A stretch of 64,000 nt of DNA from Candidatus Aquilonibacter sp. (GTDB lineage Bacteria > Verrucomicrobiota > Verrucomicrobiia > Limisphaerales > UBA11358): contig DATJRH010000031.1 in assembly GCA_035504945.1 (NCBI GenBank), positions 3,018 to 67,017 of the forward strand. Direction: 5' to 3'. The notes beneath the pieces are model-generated. The model made no database searches. It had not been told where the DNA came from and saw only the letters and a program-made list of their open reading frames with translations. Within the stretch, counting starts at the first letter, position 1. Every line of letters begins with the position of its first letter. This document shows, piece by piece, positions 48,274 through 58,409 of this stretch. Made by a program: the position numbers and the translations under genes.

Positions 48274-48732
48274 TTATTTCGCATCCGGCGTGATGCCTTC
48301 CAATTCCAATTTCAGCGCGTGCAGGGAAAGGTTGATATCGCAGATGAAGGCGACAAGCGACGCAAACAGTGAAGCCATGCAGCCGATAAAGAGCAGCCCG
48401 ATCAAAATTCCCTCTTGCGATTGCAGCAACGCGGTTACAAACAAAGTTATGATCAGCACCGCCGCCAGCGACGCGCTCGTGGCCGCCAAAATGATGCTGA
48501 AGCGGATGATTTTTGCACGGCGATACAGCATCGCCACCTGCGCGAGCGTTTGCGCGCGTTCATGACCGGCGCGGTCGGAGAGATCGCGCTTCAATAGCCG
48601 CGCACGGTCAATGGCCCGCCCCAGCCGGTTGGTCATGGTGAGCAACAGCAGCCCAACGCCGGAAATCAAAATTACCGGGCCGATGGCCTCCTGAAGTTCC
48701 GGGATGATTCGTTCAAGCGAGATCGTTGGCAC
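48274..48732 (-). CDS. DUF2721-like membrane protein
   Basis: AIGPVILISGVGLLLLTMTNRLGRAIDRAR pattern; 3 TM helices. Confidence 0.8.
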   Translation of the reverse strand: MPTISLERIIPELQEAIGPVILISGVGLLLLTMTNRLGRAIDRARLLKRDLSDRAGHERAQTLAQVAMLYRRAKIIRFSIILAATSASLAAVLIITLFVTALLQSQEGILIGLLFIGCMASLFASLVAFICDINLSLHALKLELEGITPDAK

Positions 48733-49041
48733 TTTTTGTATTGTTGCCGTTCATGCACCGCATGGCAAGCGTTGGAAAGACAGGCTGTTGAATGTCTTTG
48801 CGGCCTTCGGTCCGGGATTATTCTTAATTTTCATTGAGGGAAATTTACAAAAACAATTCCGGCGCAGCTTAACCTCATTTGCCTTTTGCTTCGCAACTTT
48901 TGTGGCATTCCCCAAAAAAATTCGCTTCGGAGCGCTTTTTACATCAGCAATAAACGATGCGTGTCGGCCAATAATAGAGAAGCGCCTTGCCGTTCGCGGA
49001 ATCATAGTTAGCACGATAGATAAACACTCGGAGCGCATTTT

Positions 49042-49344
49042 ATGACAAAATTACCGAAAATATGTTTGGTGGTTTCAGCAGTGACGTTTGTGATTGGATC
49101 CGCCATGTGGTTTGGCTGCATCAGCGTTGCGCCGGCATGGACGGTGGTGATGCCGATCAGCGCCATCATGTTTGGCCTTTTTCTGATCACGTTCGTGCTG
49201 GAAAAGGAAATGACCGGCTTCGACGCCGACGAAGCGAAGAAAACAAAATGGATTGAACGCAATACCACCATGCTCGCACCAGCATGGAAACCGGCGCTGG
49301 CACCGGTCCAACTCAAAGAAAAAATATTTCCGCATGATTGCTGA
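49042..49344 (+). CDS. Small two-TM hypothetical protein
   Basis: Two hydrophobic helices; GGAG upstream; overlaps the start of the radical SAM gene. Confidence 0.55.
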   Translation: MTKLPKICLVVSAVTFVIGSAMWFGCISVAPAWTVVMPISAIMFGLFLITFVLEKEMTGFDADEAKKTKWIERNTTMLAPAWKPALAPVQLKEKIFPHDC

Positions 49345-50230
49345 ACTGGCTCCAGTTTCTTGCTCCGCAGACAAGACCGTCCCGGATTTTCCCGGCTCGG
49401 CGTTTGGTCATCCGCGTCAGTTTTTAGGCAACCGCTTCGTCTACACGGTCGTGTCGCCGCGCGCGCGCGGCTTGTCCATCGGCGTGAACATGAACCCGGA
49501 CCGGCGCTGCAATTTCAACTGCGAGTATTGCGAAGTGGATCGCGCCACGCCCGCGCCGGAAACGTCGCTGGACGTGGAAGTGATGGCGGACGAATTGCAG
49601 CGCACGTTGTGGCTGGCCTGCTCCGGCGAGCTGCGAAATTTTCTTGGCTACCGCAACATACCTCCTGACTTGCTCGAACTGCGGCAGGTGGCGTTGAGCG
49701 GCGATGGCGAGCCGACGCTTTGCCCGAATTTTCTCGATGCGGTCCGCGCGGTCATCCACGCCCGCGCGTTGGGACGGTTTCCCTTTTTCAAAATCGTGCT
49801 GTTGACCAACGCGACGGGGCTGGATTCGCAGCCGGTGCAGGACGGATTGAAATTGTTCACGCAGGAGGATGAAATCTGGGCCAAGCTCGAAGCCGGAACG
49901 CAGTATCACATGAACCGCGTGAACCGCGCAAATTGTTCGCTGGAAAAAATTCTGGCGAATATTCTTTTGATCGCCCGGCAACGGCCGGTGGTTATTCAAA
50001 GCCTTTTTCCGCTGGTGAGTCCCGGGGAGCAGTCCGTCGAGGAAATTGAAGAATACGCGCGACGGCTGAATGAACTGAAACAGGCGGGGGCGCAAATTCC
50101 GCTGGTTCAAATTTATTCCGCCGCCCGCCCGACGGCGCATCCCCAATGCGGGCATTTGCCGTTGAAGGCGCTCGCGCACATCGCCCAGCGCATGCGCGAA
50201 ATCAGCGGACTGAAGGCGGAAGTTTTTTAA
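49334..50230 (+). CDS. Radical SAM protein (COG0731-like)
   Basis: CNFNCEYC (CxxxCxxC), VY.VVS.RARGLSIGVN, SGDGEPT. Start ATG 49334. Confidence 0.85.
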   Translation: MIAELAPVSCSADKTVPDFPGSAFGHPRQFLGNRFVYTVVSPRARGLSIGVNMNPDRRCNFNCEYCEVDRATPAPETSLDVEVMADELQRTLWLACSGELRNFLGYRNIPPDLLELRQVALSGDGEPTLCPNFLDAVRAVIHARALGRFPFFKIVLLTNATGLDSQPVQDGLKLFTQEDEIWAKLEAGTQYHMNRVNRANCSLEKILANILLIARQRPVVIQSLFPLVSPGEQSVEEIEEYARRLNELKQAGAQIPLVQIYSAARPTAHPQCGHLPLKALAHIAQRMREISGLKAEVF

Positions 50231-50290
50231 TCCGGCGATGGCCGGCGAACACAGAACCAGTTGAAACAACATCGACGAAAGGAAATTGTC

Positions 50291-50758
50291 ATGGAAATCA
50301 ACGCGACCAGATTGGCGGCACAACCTTTTTTCAAAGGGTTGTCCGGGCAACATCTTGAACTTCTGTTGGGCAATTCCATGCCGGTTGATTTTCCAGCCGG
50401 CAAATCAATCTTCCGCGAAGGCCAGCTGGCCAACCGCTTTTACCTCATTCTCGAAGGCGAAGTCGCGCTGGAATCAGCGGCCGGGGAAATGGACGGAGAT
50501 CCTGAACTGATACAAACCATTGGCGCGGGCGAGGTGCTCGGCTGGTCCTGGCTGTTTCCGCCGTATTACTGGCATTTCGACGCGCGCGCCGTGACGCCGG
50601 TAAAGGCCGTCTTCTTTTACGGCACACGCCTGCGCGAGCAATGTGAACACGACCACGAATTCGGTTACGAATTGATGAAGCGGACGGCCGAAGTAGTCAT
50701 TGGCCGGTTGCAAGCCACGCGCCGCCGGCTGCTGGACAAAAAGACAAGTCTGGTTTAA
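50291..50758 (+). CDS. Stand-alone cyclic-nucleotide-binding (Crp-type) domain protein
   Basis: IFREG..A..FYLI.EG.V, GEVLGWSWL, FDARA; no HTH. Confidence 0.85.
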   Translation: MEINATRLAAQPFFKGLSGQHLELLLGNSMPVDFPAGKSIFREGQLANRFYLILEGEVALESAAGEMDGDPELIQTIGAGEVLGWSWLFPPYYWHFDARAVTPVKAVFFYGTRLREQCEHDHEFGYELMKRTAEVVIGRLQATRRRLLDKKTSLV

Positions 50759-50936
50759 TCGGCGCCAAAGGACAGCAGCGGTTAGGTAGTTTTAGCTTAT
50801 TGCTGGATAAGAGTTTTACCTAGCCTACCTAGTTATTTCTCCCTAAAAACAATCAGGCGCAACCCCAATTGTTTGTTTTGCTGACTTACCTTATTTTGCT
50901 CAAGCCAAAGCAAGATTTGGCACAATTAGAAAGAAG

Positions 50937-51818
50937 ATGATTATGGCAAAACATTTAATTGAAGCGTTGGCCGGAGCAAAAATCTATCAAGACTACGAAC
51001 GGGCGTTCAGTGAGGCGACCGAGCTGCCCGTCGCGTTGCGGTCGGTGGAATCGTGGCAACTGCCGCACCACGGCAAGCGTTTTGAGAATCCATTCTGCGC
51101 GATGCTCGCGCAAAAGAGCCGCTCCTGCGCCGCCTGCCTGCAAACGCAGCAACGGCTTTCCGAAACCGCCGCGCGCGAGCCCCAGACAGTCACCTGTCCG
51201 GCGGGTTTGTGCGACGTTGCCGTGCCGGTGCGCATGGGCGACCAGTTGATCGGTTTTCTGACCACGGGCCAGGTGTTTTGCAAAAAACCAACCGAGGCGC
51301 AATTCAACCGCACGGCCAAATTGCTTGCCGAGTGGGGCGTGCAAACGAACGTCAACCAACTGCGCGACGCCTATTTTGACACGCGTGTCCTGTCGGCGCG
51401 GCAGCACGAGTCGGTCGTCAAACTCCTGACCATTTTCGCCGAGCATCTCTCGATGGTGAGCAACCAGATCATCGTGCGGGAGCAAAATGCCGAGCCGCCG
51501 CTCATCGCACGCGCCAAACAATTCATCGCCGAGCATCAGACCGAGGAGCTCTCGCTGGAGCAGGTTGCCAAGGCGGTTCATACGAGCAAATTTTATTTCT
51601 GCAAAATGTTCCGGCGCGCGACCGGCATCAATTTCACCGATTATCTTTCGCGCGTGCGCACCGAGCGGGCGAAAAATCTTTTGCTTAACCCAAACCTGCG
51701 CGTGAGCGAAATCGCCTATGAAGTCGGCTTCCAGTCGCTGACCCATTTCAACCGCGTGTTTAAGCGGATTCTCGGCCAGTCGCCAACCGATTACCGCGGC
51801 CAGCTGGTGCGGGCTTGA
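50937..51818 (+). CDS. AraC-family regulator with PocR ligand-binding domain
   Basis: NPFC..CAAC, CPAGL, GQV PocR motifs; C-terminal HTH (SEIAYEVGFQSLTHFNRVFK). Confidence 0.88.
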   Translation: MIMAKHLIEALAGAKIYQDYERAFSEATELPVALRSVESWQLPHHGKRFENPFCAMLAQKSRSCAACLQTQQRLSETAAREPQTVTCPAGLCDVAVPVRMGDQLIGFLTTGQVFCKKPTEAQFNRTAKLLAEWGVQTNVNQLRDAYFDTRVLSARQHESVVKLLTIFAEHLSMVSNQIIVREQNAEPPLIARAKQFIAEHQTEELSLEQVAKAVHTSKFYFCKMFRRATGINFTDYLSRVRTERAKNLLLNPNLRVSEIAYEVGFQSLTHFNRVFKRILGQSPTDYRGQLVRA

Positions 51819-51869
51819 GCCGGCCTCTTTTCGCGTGTTTCGGCGCCGGATTTTATTATTATCCGGCGA

Positions 51870-52985
51870 ATGGAAAATTACGGCCAGTGGACGCGCGCCG
51901 AATTGATCGAACTCGTCAAGGAATTGCAAAAAAAAGCAATGGCCAACGTGGCGCAGCAAGCCAGGCAGACCGACGCTTTGCGCGACAGCGAAGAGCGGCT
52001 GCGGGCGATTTTGGAAACGGCAGTCGAGGGCATCATCACGATTGACGAGCGCGGGGCCATCGAATCCTTCAACCCGTCGGCGGAAAAAATTTTTGGCTAC
52101 AGCGCGGACGAAGCCATCGGGCAAAATGTCAAATTGCTCATGCCCGAGCCGTATCGGCAGGAACACGACGGCTACCTTGAAAATTATCGTCGCATCGGCC
52201 GCGCAAAAATCATCGGCATCGGACGCGAAGTGTTTGGCCGGCGCAAGAGCGGCGTGATTTTCCCGATGGATTTGTCCGTGAGCGAAATGCGGCTGGCGGA
52301 CCGAAAAATGTTCACCGGCTTTGTGCGCGACATCACGGAGCGAAAACAATTGGAAAGGGAAATCATCGAAATCAGCAACCGCGAGCAACAGCGCATCGGC
52401 CAGGATTTGCATGACGGTTTGGGACAGGAATTGACCGGCATCGAATTGATGTGCCAGGCGCTCGAACAAAAACTGGAGGCAAAATCGAAGACCGAGGCGA
52501 AACAAGCCGGCGAAATCGGACAACACATCCGCGATGCCGTGTCCCACACACGCAAGCTGGCGCGCGGGCTTTCGCCGGTTGAATTCGAAGCCAACGGCCT
52601 GATGTCGGCACTGCACGAGCTGGCGGCGCACGTGCAAAAATTGTTCCGCATCGAATGCCGCTTTGAATGTGCCGAGCCCGTCTTGATTCGGAACAATGTT
52701 TTTGCGACACATTTGTATCGCATCGTCCAGGAAGCCATCAACAACGCCATCAAACACGGCAAGGCCGGACACATTCTCATTTCGCTGAAACCGGCGGGCG
52801 ACCGGTTCGCGCTGGCCGTGACCGATGACGGCATGGGATTTTCCGAGGAAACAAAAAAAAGCGGCGGCATCGGCCTGCACATCATGAAATATCGCGCGAG
52901 CGTCGTGGATGCGGCGCTCGAAGTGCGTTCGGGTGTTGACGGCGTGGGCACGGAGGTCGCGTGTATTTTCCGGAAAAATTTATGA
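51870..52985 (+). CDS. PAS sensor histidine kinase (FixL-type PAS, HisKA_3/NarX-type kinase)
   Basis: LMPEPYRQEHDGYLENY..IIGIGREV; RIGQDLHDGLGQ; YRIVQEAINNAIKH; DDGMG. Confidence 0.9.
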   Translation: MENYGQWTRAELIELVKELQKKAMANVAQQARQTDALRDSEERLRAILETAVEGIITIDERGAIESFNPSAEKIFGYSADEAIGQNVKLLMPEPYRQEHDGYLENYRRIGRAKIIGIGREVFGRRKSGVIFPMDLSVSEMRLADRKMFTGFVRDITERKQLEREIIEISNREQQRIGQDLHDGLGQELTGIELMCQALEQKLEAKSKTEAKQAGEIGQHIRDAVSHTRKLARGLSPVEFEANGLMSALHELAAHVQKLFRIECRFECAEPVLIRNNVFATHLYRIVQEAINNAIKHGKAGHILISLKPAGDRFALAVTDDGMGFSEETKKSGGIGLHIMKYRASVVDAALEVRSGVDGVGTEVACIFRKNL

Positions 52986-53689
52986 GCAGAAAAACCGCGG
53001 CGAAAAACAAGAAACGTATTTTGATCGTGGATGATCATCCGATGATGCGGCAGGGACTGGTCCAGCTTATCGGCGCGGAGTCCGATCTGGCCATTTGTGG
53101 CGAGGCGGAAAACGCCGAAAGAGCGCTCGACGTCATCGGCACCTTGAAACCCGACCTCGTGCTGGCGGACATTTCGTTGCCGGGCAAAAGCGGACTCGAA
53201 TTGATCAAGGATTTTCAGGCCGTTCAGCCAGGCCTGCCCGTGCTCGTCATTTCCATGCACGACGAATCACTTTATGCCGAACGCGTGCTGCGCGCCGGCG
53301 GACGCGGCTACATCATGAAACAGGAAGGCGGCAAAAAATTGATGCAGGCGATCCGGCAGGTGCTGGACGGCAAAATTTACGTCAGCGAAAAAATATCGGC
53401 TGAAATTCTGGAAATGTTTTCCGGCCACCGCCCGACCGGGGAAAGTTCGCCCGTCGAAAAATTAAGCGACCGCGAATTTGAAATTTTTCAACTCATCGGC
53501 CAGGGCAAGCGCGCGAAAGAGATCGCCGACAAGCTTTACTTGAGCGTCAAGACCGTTGAAGTTCATCGCGCGAACATCAAGAAAAAACTGACGCTGGGGT
53601 CCGCGTCTGAGCTGATGCGCTTCGCGGTGCGTTGGTCGGAATCGCAAGTCGCGGGAGCGCAGCCAAATCACGAGGCAAAAAATGGTTGA
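52982..53689 (+). CDS. NarL/LuxR-family response regulator
   Basis: ILIVDDHP, phosphoacceptor in ADISL, LSDREFEI, SVKTVEVHRANI. Confidence 0.92.
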   Translation: MSRKTAAKNKKRILIVDDHPMMRQGLVQLIGAESDLAICGEAENAERALDVIGTLKPDLVLADISLPGKSGLELIKDFQAVQPGLPVLVISMHDESLYAERVLRAGGRGYIMKQEGGKKLMQAIRQVLDGKIYVSEKISAEILEMFSGHRPTGESSPVEKLSDREFEIFQLIGQGKRAKEIADKLYLSVKTVEVHRANIKKKLTLGSASELMRFAVRWSESQVAGAQPNHEAKNG

Positions 53690-53952
53690 TGTTTGGCAAA
53701 AAAAGTGGAGTCAAAAAGAACCCGGCGCTTAAGTTGAGGCGTATGAACGCGGCGTGCGTCAGGCCGGAACCGAAATTGCTGGCCGATGTTGCTGCCCGCT
53801 TCAATGCGAGTGGCAACATTTTGCCTGAACATTCAGGGCCGGATTCGCTCTATTCCATTGAGGAAATTCATGTTCGCGCGGAAACCATGACGCCGCTGCT
53901 CAAGGAAATTCTGGATTTCCATCCTCCGGAACATTGGGAGATTAACGAGTAA
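53689..53952 (+). CDS. Hypothetical protein
   Basis: TGATG coupling with the regulator stop; no recognisable motif. Confidence 0.35.
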   Translation: MFGKKSGVKKNPALKLRRMNAACVRPEPKLLADVAARFNASGNILPEHSGPDSLYSIEEIHVRAETMTPLLKEILDFHPPEHWEINE

Positions 53953-54035
53953 ATCAAACGAACTTTTTGAAAAATGCGTGACAGCATCGCAGATTGTCCA
54001 CAAACTGACACGAGCATGAAAACCGTAATCGGCGT

Positions 54036-55415
54036 ATGGATGTCTTAACTTTATCCCGCATCCAATTCGGGCTGACTATAGGCTTCCACTATCTTTACCC
54101 GCCGTTGAGCATTGGGTTGGGCGTGATGCTCGTCATCATGGAGGGCCTGTGGCTCAAAACGAAAAATCCGCTCTATCACCAGATGGCACGGTTCTGGACA
54201 AAAGCGTTTGCGCTCACGTTCGCCATCGGCGTGGCGACGGGCATCGTGATGGAATTTGAATTCGGCACGAATTGGGCAACCTATTCACGTTTCGTCGGCG
54301 ACGTGTTCGGCAGTGCGCTGGCGGCGGAGGGCATTTTCGCGTTTTTCCTCGAATCCGGTTTTCTCGCCGTGCTGCTTTTTGGCTGGGACAAGGTCAGCCG
54401 CAAAGTGCATTTTTTTTCCACCTGCATGGTTTGCCTTGGCGCGCATTTCAGCGCGGTATGGATTGTCGTCGCCAATTCCTGGATGCAAACACCGGCCGGC
54501 TACCACATCGTGACTCATGACGGTGTGGCGCGCGCGGAAATCACAAATTTCTGGGCGATGGTTTTCAACCCGTCCTCGATGGATCGGCTGTTTCACGTGT
54601 TGTGCGGCGCTTGGCAAACCGGAGCATTTCTGGTCGTGAGCGTCAGTGCGTGGTATGTGCTGAAGAAACGTCACCTGGATTTTGCGCGGGCGTCGCTGCG
54701 GGTCGGCTTGACGGTCGGTTTGATCGCCTCGCTGTTGCAACTCGTCAGCGGCGACAGCAGCGCGCGCGAAGTGGCGAAATATCAGCCGGCCAAGCTCGCC
54801 GCGTTTGAAGGACTTTACCACACCACCAACGACGCGCCGCTCACGCTGGTCGGCTACGTGGACGAAAAAGATCAAAAGGTCGTCGGTCTGCAATGGCCGG
54901 GATTGTTGAGTTTTTTGGTGGCCCACAACACGCAGGCAACGGTGACGGGACTGGACGCCTTCGCGCCGGATGACCGTCCGCCGGTCGAGGCGTCATTTGT
55001 GTTTTTTCACGGCATGGTGGGAGTCGGGTTCACGATGATTGCCATCGCCATGCTGGGCTGCTTCTATTCGTGGCGCAAGGTGTTGTTCGAAAAACGCTGG
55101 CTGCTGTGGATTCTGGTCTTTTCCGTGCTCGGCCCGCAAATCGCCAACCAGCTCGGCTGGTTCGCCGCCGAAGTGGGCCGCCAGCCATGGATCGTTTATG
55201 GCCTGATGCGGACGCCTGAAGGACTTTCCAAAATTCTAACGGCGAACGTCGTGCTCACGTCGCTGATTTTGTTCACGTTCATTTATTTCCTGCTGTTCTC
55301 GGTTTTCATTTATCTGCTCAACGACAAAATCCAGCACGGCCCCGACGAACAGGATTTGATTCCGTCCGGCAAACTGACCCTGCCGGATGAATTGACGCGC
55401 CACGAAAAATCATGA
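54036..55415 (+). CDS. cydA: Cytochrome bd ubiquinol oxidase subunit I (short Q-loop)
   Basis: SRIQF...[39 protein letters not shown]. Confidence 0.96.
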   Translation: MDVLTLSRIQFGLTIGFHYLYPPLSIGLGVMLVIMEGLWLKTKNPLYHQMARFWTKAFALTFAIGVATGIVMEFEFGTNWATYSRFVGDVFGSALAAEGIFAFFLESGFLAVLLFGWDKVSRKVHFFSTCMVCLGAHFSAVWIVVANSWMQTPAGYHIVTHDGVARAEITNFWAMVFNPSSMDRLFHVLCGAWQTGAFLVVSVSAWYVLKKRHLDFARASLRVGLTVGLIASLLQLVSGDSSAREVAKYQPAKLAAFEGLYHTTNDAPLTLVGYVDEKDQKVVGLQWPGLLSFLVAHNTQATVTGLDAFAPDDRPPVEASFVFFHGMVGVGFTMIAIAMLGCFYSWRKVLFEKRWLLWILVFSVLGPQIANQLGWFAAEVGRQPWIVYGLMRTPEGLSKILTANVVLTSLILFTFIYFLLFSVFIYLLNDKIQHGPDEQDLIPSGKLTLPDELTRHEKS

Positions 55416-56434
55416 ATCTCGATTTGAACACCATCTGGTTCGCCCTCGTCGGCGTGTTGTTCACCGGCTACGCCATTCTCGACGGCTTCGACCTCGGCAT
55501 CGGCGCGCTGCATTTGTTCACGAAAGACGACACCGAACGCCGCATCCTCATCAATTCCATCGGGCCGGTTTGGGACGGCAACGAAGTCTGGCTCGTCACC
55601 GGCGGCGGCGCGCTCTTCGCCGCGTTTCCAAATGTTTATGCAACCGCCTTTTCCGGTTTTTATCTCGCGCTGATACTGCTGCTGGTGGCGCTGATTTTCC
55701 GCGCGGTGGCGATTGAATTCCGCAGCAAGCGGCCTGAACACTGGTGGCGGCAGATGTGGGACGTGAGTTTTTCCGTCGGCAGCGTTTTGTCCGCGCTGCT
55801 CATTGGTGTCGCGCTCGGCAACATTGCCTGCGGCGTGCCGGTTGACGCCAACGGCGAATTCGCCGGAACATTTTTGGGACTGCTCAAGCCCTATCCGCTG
55901 CTGGTCGGCATCACCACGGTGTCGCTGTTCATGATGCATGGCGCGATTTACGGCGTGATGAAAACCGAGGGCGGACTGCACGACAAGCTGCGCGTCTGGG
56001 CGATGCGCTGCATTATCTTCTTCGTAATTTGCGCCGTGACACTCACAATGGCTACGCTGCTTTACGTGCCGCAAATGGCCGCGCGCGTGAAAGAATATCC
56101 GTGGCTCTTCAGCATTGCGCTGGCCAACATGCTCTCGATTGCGAACATCCCGCGTGAATTTCATCACAAGCGCGACGGATTTGCCTTTCTCTCATCGTGC
56201 GGGGCGATGCTCACGCTCATGGCGCTGTTCGCCGTGGATGCTTATCCGTATCTCATTTACAGCCAGCCAAACCCCGAAAACAGCCTGACGATCTATAACG
56301 CCGCGTCGTCGCAAAAAACGCTCGGCATCATGCTTGTCATCGCGTGCATCGGCATTCCCGTGGTGCTCACCTACACGGTCTGCATCTACTGGATTTTCCG
56401 TGGCAAGGTGAAAATGGACCGGATGAGCTATTGA
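55412..56434 (+). CDS. cydB: Cytochrome bd ubiquinol oxidase subunit II
   Basis: LDGFDLG, GPVWDGNEVWL, FRAVAIEFR, YWIFRGKV. Confidence 0.96.
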   Translation: MNLDLNTIWFALVGVLFTGYAILDGFDLGIGALHLFTKDDTERRILINSIGPVWDGNEVWLVTGGGALFAAFPNVYATAFSGFYLALILLLVALIFRAVAIEFRSKRPEHWWRQMWDVSFSVGSVLSALLIGVALGNIACGVPVDANGEFAGTFLGLLKPYPLLVGITTVSLFMMHGAIYGVMKTEGGLHDKLRVWAMRCIIFFVICAVTLTMATLLYVPQMAARVKEYPWLFSIALANMLSIANIPREFHHKRDGFAFLSSCGAMLTLMALFAVDAYPYLIYSQPNPENSLTIYNAASSQKTLGIMLVIACIGIPVVLTYTVCIYWIFRGKVKMDRMSY

Positions 56435-56497
56435 ATTCGGTCAGAAGGACAACCAACAAAACACCGCCGGCGGTTCGCGACCTTCGCGATCTTGGCG

Positions 56498-56719
56498 CTA
56501 ATCAATCGTTTCGCCATTGGAATCCATCCGCCCGCGCTTCGTGGAAAATTTGAAGATCGCCCAGCAAATCCAAAACAACATAAATAAAAGCAGGAACAGG
56601 ATAAATCCCAGCTGCGGCGATTTGTCATTGAGCGGGGCAAGCGCGTATAGCCCGCCCAATGCCAAAAGGACAACAATGGCACCGACTGCAGCCCACAAAG
56701 CTGGATGGCTTGACCGCAT
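56498..56719 (-). CDS. Small two-TM hypothetical protein
   Basis: Two strongly hydrophobic segments; AT-rich; no family recognised. Confidence 0.35.
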   Translation of the reverse strand: MRSSHPALWAAVGAIVVLLALGGLYALAPLNDKSPQLGFILFLLLFMLFWICWAIFKFSTKRGRMDSNGETID

Positions 56720-56939
56720 AAATGTTTGTTTACCAAAGCGCCTTGGCATTTGGTCGTTGTCATTTTATACGACCGGAAATTTTCCAAGGCTCCACCTAAA
56801 TTGTCGGTGATTGCTCATTTCTTGCCGTCGTCAACCGGGCTCGGCAGTTCGGCGCCATGCTGGATAAATGGCAAATAAGGGTCGGAGTTGACCAATTCAT
56901 GGTTGGCCAAAAAACGGCCGGTGCGGATAATTTGCAGGA

Positions 56940-57557
56940 GTGAAAAAGAATAAAAAAATGAGCGACGCGGCCATCAAGCTGGAATACGCGCTCGAAAAAT
57001 TTCCCGTTTCACTGAAACTCCGCGATGGCACCGGCGTGGTCATGCGCTCCTTTTACCCGCGCGACGAAGCCCGCCTGCACAAATTTCTCACCGCCGTGCC
57101 CGAGGAGGAGCGGTTGTTCATCAAGCGTCCAATTTTTGAGCGCGCGATGTTCCGCGAGTGGCTGCGGCATCCCGATTTCAAGGAAAACGTGATGCTGTTG
57201 ATGTTGCACGGGCAAAAAATTATCGGCGAAGCGACGTTATGCCAGCGCCCCGGCGGTTGGAAACGCCACATCGGCGTGGTCACCGTCTTGACCCATCCCG
57301 ATTATCGCGGACGCGACGTGGCCAAAATCCTTGTTACCGAACAAATCGAAATCGCCCGCGCCCTCGGGCTGGGCAAATTGGAATCCGAATTAAACGGCGA
57401 ACGCAAGGTCGCCATTCGCGCGCTGGAGGACATCGGCTTTCATTTTCTCATGCGCCGTGAAGATTACGTGCTCGACATGAAAGCAATCTCCCACGACTAC
57501 ATTCTCATGGGCATGGATCTGAAAGTGGATGAAGAATACGCCGGCGTTGGCGGGTGA
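56940..57557 (+). CDS. GNAT-family N-acetyltransferase
   Basis: LRDG..V, HPDYRGRDVA acetyl-CoA motif A, LE..GF. Confidence 0.8.
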   Translation: MKKNKKMSDAAIKLEYALEKFPVSLKLRDGTGVVMRSFYPRDEARLHKFLTAVPEEERLFIKRPIFERAMFREWLRHPDFKENVMLLMLHGQKIIGEATLCQRPGGWKRHIGVVTVLTHPDYRGRDVAKILVTEQIEIARALGLGKLESELNGERKVAIRALEDIGFHFLMRREDYVLDMKAISHDYILMGMDLKVDEEYAGVGG

Positions 57558-58324
57558 ACGAACCGCCGGAAGGGAACGTTATGAACGCCACCTTGAAGTT
57601 GATTGAGAAGCAAATCGCGATGTCGGACATCCGGAATCGCCTGGAAGAAACCGCTCCGCAACCGGGCCGTTATGTCACCGAAGACGGCGTGGCTTTCGGA
57701 CCCTGTCTGCTAATTTCACGCGAATGCGGCAGTGGCGGCAGCCTGCTGGGGCAGCGAGTCGGCGAACGCCTGGGTTGGAACGTCTTTGATGCCCGGATTG
57801 TTGACGAAATCGCCCAACTTGCCAACGTCCATCAACGGCTGGTACAAAGTGTGGACGAGCGCGTTCGCTCCCATTGGGAACGGACGTGGCGCGACATTTT
57901 GCTGGACGACCAGGCTGACGAGAAATACCTGCGCCACCTCAAACAAGTGGTCATGGCGCTGGCGCATCACGGCAATGTCGTGTTCGTCGGACGCGGCGCG
58001 CAATTTTTGCTTCCTTCACAATGCGCGTTGCGCGTACGTCTGGTTGCGCCGCTGGAAACGCGGATTCATCGGTTGACGGAACGTCTGAATTTGTCGCCCG
58101 AACAAGCGCGATTGAAGATTAAGCGGGTTGATACGGAACGCGCGGCCTTTGTTTGGAAAATTTTCAAGAAAGACGTCGGCGCCACCCTGAATCACGACCT
58201 GCTCGTCAACACCGATGAAATCAACGCTGAAAGCGTCACCGAACTGGTGTTGGTTGCGATGGAAAGGAAACTGGGTGTGCATTTGCAGCCGGCCTTTGCC
58301 GAAAAAGCCGCCCCAATCCGTTGA
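57554..58324 (+). CDS. Cytidylate kinase-like family protein
   Basis: ISRECGSGG, GNVVFVGRGA, VRLVAP...R, D.ER, DL.VNT. Start may be 57581. Confidence 0.82.
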   Translation: MNEPPEGNVMNATLKLIEKQIAMSDIRNRLEETAPQPGRYVTEDGVAFGPCLLISRECGSGGSLLGQRVGERLGWNVFDARIVDEIAQLANVHQRLVQSVDERVRSHWERTWRDILLDDQADEKYLRHLKQVVMALAHHGNVVFVGRGAQFLLPSQCALRVRLVAPLETRIHRLTERLNLSPEQARLKIKRVDTERAAFVWKIFKKDVGATLNHDLLVNTDEINAESVTELVLVAMERKLGVHLQPAFAEKAAPIR

Positions 58325-58409
58325 CGGCCTTTTGCAACCACCAGCCGTCGCTCTGCCGCCCGTTCGTTTTGCCATTTGTCTTTCGCCGGAGCCGCGCTAA
58401 ACTAGTCCC

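Noticed and set aside
53977..53991. CGTGA-N5-TCGCA upstream of cydA as a Crp/Fnr site
   Set aside because: The spacer is 5 nt rather than 6, and the half-sites are imperfect.
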